This document shows, one piece after another, positions 15,721 through 23,915 of a DNA stretch of 64,000 nt (its first letter is position 1; every line of letters starts with the position of its first letter). Source of the stretch: Anaerolineae bacterium. GTDB taxonomy: Bacteria; Chloroflexota; Anaerolineae; B4-G1; DUEL01. Location: assembly GCA_049972045.1 (NCBI GenBank), contig JBMFKS010000001.1, forward strand, positions 11,536 through 75,535, written 5' to 3'. A program made the position numbers and the translations under genes. A model generated the notes under the pieces. It searched no databases. It was not told the origin of the DNA and was given only the letters and a program-made list of their open reading frames with translations.

Positions 15721-15848
15721 GGTCAGTCAAGTTTGTACTTATGGGTCCGAATGGCCGACGCGGCCAGGGGCCCACCAGGCGTAGGGCAACTGTGAGCAGT
15801 TGCCCTCCTGGAGGGCGCAAAGACCCACAAAAGGGCGGTTGACAAACC
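15721..15848 (+). repeat. MITE-like ~128-bp repeat element, copy A
   Basis: ggtcagtcaagtttgtacttatgggtccgaatggccgacgcggcc...GGGCAACTGtgagCAGTTGCCC...gacccacaaaagggcggttgacaaacc contains a perfect 9-bp hairpin and a terminal TTGACA. Copies at 32086-32185 (-) and 63305-63432 (+). Confidence 0.65.
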
Positions 15849-15984
15849 ATTAGACACAGAAAGAGTTCTGGGTACAGGATACCCGACTTGCTGGTGGAGC
15901 GCAGGGGGCGGTATGAGTGTTCGGGACTTTTACCCGTACGCCTTTATGGGATTCAACACACCCTTTGAGGTTCCCCAACTCCGC

Positions 15985-16692
15985 TCAGCGGACCTGCCGG
16001 ATGACCATCACCACCTTGCCCTGAATCTGTACCTGGCGGGGGTCGTCTATGTAGAGGGGTTCCATCGTGGGGTTGGCGGGCTGAAGGCGCACCCGTCCCC
16101 CCTCCCAGTAGACCCGCTTCAGGGTTGCCTCCTCCCGGTCCCGCAGCCAGACGGCCGCCATCTCCCCGTTCGCGACTTCCTCGGCGGGGCGCATAATGAC
16201 AATGTCGCCGTCGTGGACCATCGCATCTATCATAGAATTCCCCCGGACGCGCAGGGCGTAGAGGTCTCCGGGGTCTCCCACGATGCTGCGCGTTAACTCA
16301 ATCGTCTCCTCCACACCCAGCAGGGAGAAGTCTGAGGAAGGGACGGGGATCGGTTCGCCCGCGGCGATATAACCCAAAATAGGAACCAAGACGACTTCGC
16401 CGAGCCCCAGCCATCGCGCGCCCGCTGCAGTGAGACGAATGCTCCGGGAAGAGCGCGGGTCCCGCTCTATCCATCTCGCCTGTTCCAACCGCTTCAGGTA
16501 ATAATCCACCACCGAGGTGGAAGACATCCTCAGTTCCCGGACGATGTCCCGGACGGTGGGAGGGTAACCCCGTTCCTGGATGAAATCCCGAATGCACTCC
16601 AGAATGCGCCGCTCCTGCTCCTCTACCCCTTCCTGTTTTCTGTTCACCGCCGCCTCCCGAGGTGGGTTTCTCTTTTTATTATAGACGAACAT
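15985..16692 (-). CDS. lexA: LexA repressor (S24 peptidase)
   Basis: N-terminal wHTH, cleavage-site region ...VPILGYIAAGEP..., catalytic RGNSMIDA (Ser) and ...LKRV (Lys). Confidence 0.85.
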   Translation of the reverse strand: MFVYNKKRNPPREAAVNRKQEGVEEQERRILECIRDFIQERGYPPTVRDIVRELRMSSTSVVDYYLKRLEQARWIERDPRSSRSIRLTAAGARWLGLGEVVLVPILGYIAAGEPIPVPSSDFSLLGVEETIELTRSIVGDPGDLYALRVRGNSMIDAMVHDGDIVIMRPAEEVANGEMAAVWLRDREEATLKRVYWEGGRVRLQPANPTMEPLYIDDPRQVQIQGKVVMVIRQVR

Positions 16693-16699
16693 CCGTTCG
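16686..16699. promoter_or_regulatory. LexA box (Cheo-box type) CGAACATCCGTTCG
   Basis: A perfect CGAAC-N4-GTTCG palindrome overlapping the lexA start codon (cat at 16690-16692). It lies in the divergent lexA / M1-peptidase promoter region. Confidence 0.55.
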
Positions 16700-16743
16700 G
16701 TGTCAAATTTGGAATTCCCGTTTTTTGTTGTACAATATAGCCG

Positions 16744-18258
16744 ATGAGCGGCTCAACCCCATTCACCGGCCGTGGGCACCCACGAGCATTCCCCCTTCGC
16801 CTTTCCCGGGCCCTTGCCCCGGTTGGGCTGCTGGTTGTGCTCATTTCCTGCCTGCCACTGACGCCTTTGCCCTCGCCCACCCCCGCAATGGCTACTCCCC
16901 GTCCCCTTCCCACCGCCGCGCCGATGGATACCCCCCCGCCCCCAGACGCCCTCTCTCTAGCTCCCCAATACGCCATTTCCTTGACGGTGGACGTCGCTCG
17001 TTCGCAAGTGGTGGGAGAGCAGACGGTCCGCTTCACCAACGCCGAAGAGGCCCCTCTGCGCGACCTCTACCTCCGCCTCTTCCCCAACACCCCTGGCTAC
17101 GGCGGCAAGATGAGGGTGAGTTCCATTCGCCTGAACGGGAAGCCCGCCAGCCCGGAGGTCCGCCTGGGCGGGTCGGCCCTGCGTCTCCTGCTCAATCCGC
17201 CCCTGGCCCCGATGGAGACGGTCACCCTCAGCCTGGCCTTCACCGCCACCGTCCCCCTGACCGATGAGATAGACTACGCCCAGTTCTCCTTCGTGCGCGG
17301 CGTGATGGCCCTCCCCGAAGTCTACCCCCTGATCCCCGTCTACGACGACGAGGGCTGGAACGTGGAGGTCGCGCCCGAGTACGGTGACGCCGTCTACTCC
17401 GACGTCGCTTTCTATCAGGTGGAGGTGACCGCGCCACCGACGATGACCTTGGTGGCCTCCGGGACGTGCGCGGCGGGGGAGGCCGGGCATTGGTCCTGCC
17501 GGGCCGGTCCGGTCCGGGATTTCGCCCTCATCCTGGGCGACGACTACCAGGTCGCCAGCCAGGTCGCCGAAGGAGTCGTCGTCAACAGTTATTTCTACTC
17601 TGCCCATCGGGAGGGCGGGGAGCAGGTTCTGAGAATCGCGGTGGACGCCCTCACCCTCTACTCCCGCCTCTTCGGGCCGTACCCGTACGAGGAACTGGAC
17701 GTGGTGGAGACGCCGACGCGGGCCGGCGGGATTGAGTACCCCACGCTGGTGGTCATCTCCGACCGGCTCTATACCGGCCATCCTCGCCTGAAGTGGGTGG
17801 TGGCGCACGAGGTGGCCCATCAGTGGTGGTACGGCGTGGTGGGGAGCGACCAGGTGGACGAGCCCTGGCTGGATGAGGCGCTGACGCAGTACACCACCCT
17901 GCTCTACCACGAGTTCCTCTACGGCCCCGATACTGCCACCAGGATTCTGAAGGACGACTTTCAGGCCACCTACGACCGGCTGGTAAAGGAAGGGAACGAT
18001 ATGCCTGCTGGATTGCCGGTCGCTGCCTATCCCCGGGATCTCTACGGCCCGGTGGTCTACCGGAAAGGGGCCCTTTATTTTCACGCCCTGCGGGGGCGGG
18101 TGGGGGACGAGAACTTCTTTGCCCTGCTGCGGGCATACTACCGCCGTCACCGTTACGGGATTGCCACCCCGGACTCTTTTCTGGCAACGGTGAAAGCGGT
18201 GACGGGGAGCGAGCACCGCGACCTTTATGAGCGCTGGATTCTGGGGGTCTCGCGGTGA
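16744..18258 (+). CDS. M1-family zinc metallopeptidase (aminopeptidase N-like), secreted/lipoprotein
   Basis: Signal/lipobox-like N-terminus (VVLISCLP). Zinc motif HEVAHQWWYG...EALTQY (HEXXH + E). Confidence 0.8.
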   Translation: MSGSTPFTGRGHPRAFPLRLSRALAPVGLLVVLISCLPLTPLPSPTPAMATPRPLPTAAPMDTPPPPDALSLAPQYAISLTVDVARSQVVGEQTVRFTNAEEAPLRDLYLRLFPNTPGYGGKMRVSSIRLNGKPASPEVRLGGSALRLLLNPPLAPMETVTLSLAFTATVPLTDEIDYAQFSFVRGVMALPEVYPLIPVYDDEGWNVEVAPEYGDAVYSDVAFYQVEVTAPPTMTLVASGTCAAGEAGHWSCRAGPVRDFALILGDDYQVASQVAEGVVVNSYFYSAHREGGEQVLRIAVDALTLYSRLFGPYPYEELDVVETPTRAGGIEYPTLVVISDRLYTGHPRLKWVVAHEVAHQWWYGVVGSDQVDEPWLDEALTQYTTLLYHEFLYGPDTATRILKDDFQATYDRLVKEGNDMPAGLPVAAYPRDLYGPVVYRKGALYFHALRGRVGDENFFALLRAYYRRHRYGIATPDSFLATVKAVTGSEHRDLYERWILGVSR

Positions 18259-18286
18259 AGAACGGGCCGGGCACGTTCGCGGCCGC

Positions 18287-18314
18287 TTGACAACTTCCGC
18301 TTTCCGGATACAAT
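18287..18314 (+). promoter_or_regulatory. near-consensus sigma70-type promoter TTGACA-N16-TACAAT
   Basis: cttgacaacttccgctttccggatacaat. It is followed by a ~370-nt leader with several strong hairpins before the PTS EIIB start. Confidence 0.45.
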
Positions 18315-18681
18315 ATCGCCGCCACAGACCCTCTGGGGGCAGGACAACGGCTCACCGTTGTCCCGCTTCTGGGCTGTGAGCCGATGACCACCGGTGCGGT
18401 GGGCCAGGGCGGTTCTGGACCGAAGGCCCTTTCAAAACCGCAGAGGGCGCGAAGAGCGCAAAGAAATCTGAAAAATCTTTGCGCCCTTTGCGTTCTTCGC
18501 GGTGAAAACGAAAACATGTTCGCACTCCCACCGGGTCTGAACCTGCGGGGAGAGCAAGAGAGTTGCCCCGATGTCTTCCGCACCATTTCCCGGTGCCGCT
18601 GGGATCGCCGATGCGACCGAGACGGCAGAGGGGAAATGTCCCTCTGCTGTTTCCCCGATTTCTCAACCGAAAGCCGTGCGA

Positions 18682-19221
18682 ATGAGCCAGGAATGGGGAT
18701 TGGTCCGGATTGACGACCGGTTGATTCACGGGCAGGTGATTGCCGTCTGGTGCAAACACCGCCCCTTTACCCGCATCGTGATCGTGGACGACGAGGTCGC
18801 TGCCGACCCCTTCATGCAGGAGGTGATGCGGCTGGCCGCGCCCCCTGGCCTGGGGGTGGATGTCCTGTCGCTGGCGGAGGCCGTTCGCCGTCTGCCGCAG
18901 GACTCCCACCCCCCAGAGACCACGATGTTGCTTCTGCGATCCCCCCAGGCGGCCTTGCGCCTCTACGAGGGAGGAGTCCGGTATACGGCGCTGAACGTGG
19001 GCGGGATGGGAATCGGCCCGGGCCGCCGGCCGCTCTTCCGCCACATCGCTGCCTCGGACGAAGAGATTGCCGCCCTGAAGACCCTGGCAGAGCAGGGAGT
19101 GGAGATCACATTTCTGACGGTGCCGGGGGAGAAAGCCCGGTCGTTTCAAGATCTTCTCTTTAAACCGCAGAGCACGCCGAGAGCGCACGATTGCGGTTCG
19201 CAGTCAGGCACAAAGCGATAG
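18682..19221 (+). CDS. PTS mannose/fructose/sorbose-family EIIB component
   Basis: MSQEWGLVRIDDRLIHGQV is the signature of the PTS_IIB_man phosphorylation site. Start chosen at MSQEW (18682) rather than the ORF-track start at 18571. Confidence 0.75.
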   Translation: MSQEWGLVRIDDRLIHGQVIAVWCKHRPFTRIVIVDDEVAADPFMQEVMRLAAPPGLGVDVLSLAEAVRRLPQDSHPPETTMLLLRSPQAALRLYEGGVRYTALNVGGMGIGPGRRPLFRHIAASDEEIAALKTLAEQGVEITFLTVPGEKARSFQDLLFKPQSTPRAHDCGSQSGTKR

Positions 19222-19299
19222 CGGAGTGCCGTCTGGGGTGGCAAAAGGCCGAAGGAACTGACCGTTGTTCAACCACAAATTCCCTGTTCGGAGGAAACC

Positions 19300-21084
19300 A
19301 TGCGCCTATCCAGAAAATCCGTCGTCATCGCCATACTGGTCAATCTGGCCCTGATGGGGGTGGGCGCCGTCGCCGCTCGCGCTGCACCGACGGCGCAGCC
19401 AGAGCCGGTGCGGATGAGTTTCCCCCTCGCGGCGGCCGTCGGCATCCTCTACTACCTGGCCTGGTCTCCCTGGTTTGCCAACCTGGGCTTCACCGTTCTC
19501 TACCGCCCGCTGGTCGCCGGGACCCTGGTCGGGGCAGTGATGGGGCGGGTGGCGGAGGGGGTGGCTATCGGCGCCCACATCAACGTCCTCTACCTGGGGT
19601 GGATCACCGCCGGCGGCTCCTTCCCCGGCGACCCGGGCCTGGCGGGCTACCTGGGGACGGCGCTGGCGCTGGGGGGCGGGCTGGACGTCCAGGCGGCCCT
19701 GGCGCTGGCCGCTCCGCTGGGCCTGCTGGGCGGCCTGACGTACTCGCTGCGGATGTCCGTCTGCTCGGTGATCCCCCACTGGGCCGACCGCTTCGCCGAA
19801 GAGGGGGACATCAAGGCCGTCGCCCGCAGCAACTACATTTACTCTCAGCCTTTCCTGTTCGTCCTGTACGCGGTGCCGGTCGCCCTGGCGGCATATCTGG
19901 GCGCGCCAGCCGTGGGTGCGGCGCTGGGGTGGATCGCTCAGCACGCCATCTGGGTGATGAACGGGTTGTTCGTCGCCAGCGGGATGCTGGCCGCGCTGGG
20001 CATCGCCCTGAACCTGAAATTCCTGTTTCGCGGGAACACCTGGCCCTACTTCTTCATCGGATTCGCCGTCACTTCTTTGATGGCAGGCAAGGTCAACCTG
20101 GTGGTCCTGGCCATTATCGGGGTGTGCGTGGCCTACATTCACGTCCTCTTCACGGCCCGGGAGGGTGAGGAGCAACCGACGCCTCCGGCGGAGCGACGGG
20201 CCGGCCCGGGCCTGCTCACCCGTCGGGACGTCTTTCGCGCCTGGCTGCGCTGGCTCTTCTTCTCCCACTCCTGCTACAACTGGGAACGCATGCAGGGGCT
20301 GGGCTTCGCCCACAGTATGACGCCCATCATTGAGAAATTGTACAAAAAGCAGGAGGACATCCGCGCGGCGCTGAAGCGACACCTGGTCTTCTTCAACACC
20401 CAGCCGGATATCGGGGGCGTCATTCACGGCATCGTGATCGCGATGGAGGAGGAGCGGGCCGCCGGAGCCGACATCAGCGACGACGCCATCAACGGGGTCA
20501 AGACCGGGTTGATGGGCCCGATGGCGGGCATCGGCGATACTCTTCAGCAGGGCATCGTCATTCCCATTGCGCTGGCGCTGGGCATTGGCATCGCCACCGG
20601 CGGCGCTGTTGGGACGGCGACGCGGGGGAGCATCCTGGGCCCCCTCTTCTACCTGGTCGCCGTGGCGGCCTTCATCTGGGGCGTGGGCTGGTGGGTCTGG
20701 TGGCAGGGATATGTCCGGGGGCGCGCGGCGGTGACGTCCATCCTCCGCACCGGTGCCATCGCACGCATCATTCTGGGTGCGGGGGTACTGGGCAACTTCA
20801 TCATGGGCGCGCTGGCGGTCCAGTTCGTCCGTCTCTCCACCCCGGTGGCCTTTATGGTCGGTGGGAGTCCGTTCCGCCTGCAGGCCATCCTGGATAGTCT
20901 GATGCCCAACCTGCTACCCTTGTTGCTGGTGCTGCTGGTGTGGTGGCTGGTGGCCCGGAAGAACGTCTCCCCCACCAGGGTGATGGCGGCCATCATCCTC
21001 CTCGGCATCCTCAGCGCGTACCCGATCTGGCCGGGGCTGAACGAGGCCGGTGAGGCGATTCGGGTGGGACTGTTCGGGGGGTGA
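19300..21084 (+). CDS. PTS mannose-family fused EIIC-EIID membrane component
   Basis: The N-terminal half is EIIC-like multi-TM. The C-terminal half carries the EIID signature WLRWLFFSHSCYNWERMQGLGFAHSMTPIIEKLY. Confidence 0.75.
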   Translation: MRLSRKSVVIAILVNLALMGVGAVAARAAPTAQPEPVRMSFPLAAAVGILYYLAWSPWFANLGFTVLYRPLVAGTLVGAVMGRVAEGVAIGAHINVLYLGWITAGGSFPGDPGLAGYLGTALALGGGLDVQAALALAAPLGLLGGLTYSLRMSVCSVIPHWADRFAEEGDIKAVARSNYIYSQPFLFVLYAVPVALAAYLGAPAVGAALGWIAQHAIWVMNGLFVASGMLAALGIALNLKFLFRGNTWPYFFIGFAVTSLMAGKVNLVVLAIIGVCVAYIHVLFTAREGEEQPTPPAERRAGPGLLTRRDVFRAWLRWLFFSHSCYNWERMQGLGFAHSMTPIIEKLYKKQEDIRAALKRHLVFFNTQPDIGGVIHGIVIAMEEERAAGADISDDAINGVKTGLMGPMAGIGDTLQQGIVIPIALALGIGIATGGAVGTATRGSILGPLFYLVAVAAFIWGVGWWVWWQGYVRGRAAVTSILRTGAIARIILGAGVLGNFIMGALAVQFVRLSTPVAFMVGGSPFRLQAILDSLMPNLLPLLLVLLVWWLVARKNVSPTRVMAAIILLGILSAYPIWPGLNEAGEAIRVGLFGG

Positions 21085-21120
21085 TCGGTAAGGACAAGCC
21101 CCGCCCCGCATGGGAATCGG

Positions 21121-21375
21121 ATGCCCGAAATAGAGGTAACGGTCAGACATCCGGAGGGGTTGCATGCCCGACCGGCGGCCCGTTTCGTCCAGACGGCGCG
21201 GCGGTTCCACAGCCGGGTGCGCGTCCTCTACGGCGGCCGGGAGGCGGACGCGAAGAGCCTGCTGAGCCTGCTGGCCCTGGGGGTAGAACCGGAGGCGGTG
21301 ATCACCATCCAAGCCGAAGGGGAGGACGCGGAAGAGGCGCTGGCCGCGCTGGAAGGGGTGGCAACAGGGCAGTAA
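21121..21375 (+). CDS. ptsH: phosphocarrier protein HPr
   Basis: MPEIEVTVRHPEGLHARPAARFV has the His15 active-site motif GLHARPA; 84 aa. Confidence 0.8.
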   Translation: MPEIEVTVRHPEGLHARPAARFVQTARRFHSRVRVLYGGREADAKSLLSLLALGVEPEAVITIQAEGEDAEEALAALEGVATGQ

Positions 21376-21415
21376 GGACGCCTTCCGCAGGTTCCAACCT
21401 GCGGGAGGCGTCCGG

Positions 21416-22918
21416 TTAGCGGCCATACACCGCCAGTACGATGGCCGGTGTGAGGGAAACCTCCACGGCGGCCGCCAAGGCCAGCAGGGGCACCACGACG
21501 GCCAGAAAGACCTTCACAAAGTCGGCCAGCGCCTGGATCCATCCCTCGCCGACGGTCAGCCCCCGGGGTGGGGCGATGAGGGTCGCGCCCAGGCGCACCG
21601 CCAGCGCGGTGGCGATGAGGGCGGCGGGCAGTTCCAACACGCCGTGGGGCATCACAAACGTCAACACAAATGTCAGCGGGTCATATCCCGCCCAGGCGAC
21701 CTGGAAAGCGGCATAGGCAATGATGGCGACCGGAGCCATCAGCAGGATAATCGCCAGGGACCCGAAAGAAAACGTCCCCAGGATGGCGGCCAGCGTTAAG
21801 GAACGGACGTTGTTGCCCAGGACTCCCCAGACCGTAAAAGCGGGCAGCCAGGAAATCGCAGAGGCCTGCTGGAATACCTCTTCGGTCACCTGATCCAGCG
21901 GGATGGATTCGGCCGGAAGCCGAAAGCGGACAGCGACTCCCCAGCCCACCCCCACTGCGCCCGCCAGGGAGACCAGGACCAAGGCCAGCGCCAGATGGGA
22001 ACGGGCCAGAACCCGGGGGATATCCCGCAGATACAGCCCGGTCCAGGTGCTCAGCCAGCGCAGACGAGGGGGTAGCCTTTCCGGTGGCCATCCGAAGAGC
22101 CACCGTTCCCAGACAAAATGCCGCCGAAACATCCGCCAGACGTTGCGCAGATTCGGTTCGTCAATTTCCCGCCCCAGCAACTCCTCCCGGTTGAAGAGCC
22201 GAATCCCCATCCGGACCAGCATCACATCCGCCACCAGCAGGAAGAGCAGGATGTACCAGAGGACCTGGTTGCCGCCCTGGAGGAGGATGAGGCTCTCCTG
22301 CTGGAGCAACAGGGAGACCGGAACGATGATGAAACTGGCCAGGAGGTTGGCGGCCCGGACACTGGTAGTCTGGCTGGAGACGACAACGGCCGCGGAGACC
22401 ATCACGAGGGCCTTCCCAATGGTCAAAAGAAAAACCTGTAACAGGGTCAAGGGGGTCGGCCGTGCCTCTATGGGCAGGATGAGCAAATAAAAGGCAATGC
22501 CGACGGTGCCCGCCATCAGTGGAAGGGTCAAGGCAGCCACCGTCTTCCCCAGATAGAGTTGCAGGTCGGAGAGCGGCGTCGCCAGGAGGGGCTCCAGGCT
22601 CATCCGCTCCTTCTCCCCCACGAAGGATTCCAGCGCGATGACCAGGGAGATGGAGACAGGGAGAAACCCCACCAGCAGGAGCATAAGGGGCAGCAAGCGG
22701 GTCGTCACTCCCTCCGCTCCCCAGCGTTCGTAGAAGGAACCCTCCAGATAGCCGGTCACGAAGCGCATCAGAAGGGGGAAGAGGAGCGTCAGGGCGAAAA
22801 TGGGGAACAGAATGCGCCAATCCCGCAGGTAATCCCGCAGTTCCCGCCCCATCAGAAGCCAGACCTGGCGGAACCAGTGGGCTTGGATGGTTCCCTGAAC
22901 GAATGGGATTTCCCTCAT
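21416..22918 (-). CDS. ABC-2 family transporter permease (large, ~12 TM)
   Basis: 500-aa polytopic membrane protein directly downstream of, and translationally coupled to, the ABC ATPase at 22923-23864. Confidence 0.65.
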   Translation of the reverse strand: MREIPFVQGTIQAHWFRQVWLLMGRELRDYLRDWRILFPIFALTLLFPLLMRFVTGYLEGSFYERWGAEGVTTRLLPLMLLLVGFLPVSISLVIALESFVGEKERMSLEPLLATPLSDLQLYLGKTVAALTLPLMAGTVGIAFYLLILPIEARPTPLTLLQVFLLTIGKALVMVSAAVVVSSQTTSVRAANLLASFIIVPVSLLLQQESLILLQGGNQVLWYILLFLLVADVMLVRMGIRLFNREELLGREIDEPNLRNVWRMFRRHFVWERWLFGWPPERLPPRLRWLSTWTGLYLRDIPRVLARSHLALALVLVSLAGAVGVGWGVAVRFRLPAESIPLDQVTEEVFQQASAISWLPAFTVWGVLGNNVRSLTLAAILGTFSFGSLAIILLMAPVAIIAYAAFQVAWAGYDPLTFVLTFVMPHGVLELPAALIATALAVRLGATLIAPPRGLTVGEGWIQALADFVKVFLAVVVPLLALAAAVEVSLTPAIVLAVYGR

Positions 22919-22922
22919 TCTA

Positions 22923-23864
22923 TCACCATTGGGTTGCAGGCTGAAGCCCGCGCTCCGATTCCACCACCCGCAAATAGACCGCTTCCAGGCTGCGCGGGAC
23001 CTCGCCCAGGGTCACCACCGGGATGCCCGCTTCGGCCAGAGAGCGCACGATCGCCGGATTGACCGTCTCCGGCGATTCCACCTGGTAGCGAATCCAGTTC
23101 GGGCCTTCTTCCACGACCGGAGCCCAGCGAGCGACCAGGGGACGGGCTCCGTCAATGGAGGATGCCACCCGGAGTTCCATCAACGGGGGGCCCAGCAGTT
23201 GTCGCTTCAATTCCGCCGGTGTCCCCATGGCCACAATCCGCCCGCGCCGGATGATGGCAATTTCGTCCGCCAGCAGTTCCGCCTCCGCCAGGTTGTGCGT
23301 GCAGACCAGTATGGTGTGCCGTTCATCCCGCAGCGAGAGGATGGCGTCCCGCACCAGTTTGGCGCTGTGGGGGTCCATCGCCGATGTGGGTTCATCCAGC
23401 AGGAGGACAGGCGGGTCGTGGAGCAAGGCACGCACCAGGGCCAGTTTCTGACGCATCCCTTTGGAGTACTCCCCGATACGCCGGTCCCAGGCCTCCGGCA
23501 TGGCGAACCGGTCCAGCCACTCCCGGGCCCGTCGTCGGCAGGTCTCCGGGTCCAGGCCGTAAAGTCGGCCAAAGAACTCCAGGTATTCCCCTCCACCCAT
23601 CCGCAGGTAGAGGCCCGGCTGTTCGGTCAGCAGCCCCACCTGCTGGCGGACGGCGATGGGGTCCTGGCGGGTGTCGTGCCCGGCGACCACCGCTCGGCCC
23701 TCGGTGGGCATCAGGATGGCCGCCAGCATCCGCACGGTAGTGGTCTTCCCGGCCCCGTTGGGACCCAAAAGGGCCAGGATCCGTCCCGGTCGGACGGTCA
23801 ACGTGACCCCATCCACGGCGGTGAAGTCGTCAAATCGTTTGGTGAGGTGTTCGGTGTGGATCAT
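22923..23864 (-). CDS. ABC transporter ATP-binding protein
   Basis: Walker A (GPNGAGKTTT), signature (YSKGMRQKLAL), Walker B (LLLDEPTSAMD), H-loop. Confidence 0.85.
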   Translation of the reverse strand: MIHTEHLTKRFDDFTAVDGVTLTVRPGRILALLGPNGAGKTTTVRMLAAILMPTEGRAVVAGHDTRQDPIAVRQQVGLLTEQPGLYLRMGGGEYLEFFGRLYGLDPETCRRRAREWLDRFAMPEAWDRRIGEYSKGMRQKLALVRALLHDPPVLLLDEPTSAMDPHSAKLVRDAILSLRDERHTILVCTHNLAEAELLADEIAIIRRGRIVAMGTPAELKRQLLGPPLMELRVASSIDGARPLVARWAPVVEEGPNWIRYQVESPETVNPAIVRSLAEAGIPVVTLGEVPRSLEAVYLRVVESERGLQPATQW

Positions 23865-23915
23865 CGGTTCGTCTGGACTGTCGCCGATAACCGTTATGCC
23901 GAAATGAATTTCGGC

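Noticed and set aside
18384-18713. 109-aa plus-strand ORF in the PTS leader
   Set aside because: It lies entirely within the structured leader and repeat-like sequence. It has no RBS, a low-complexity product, and overlaps the better-supported EIIB start.
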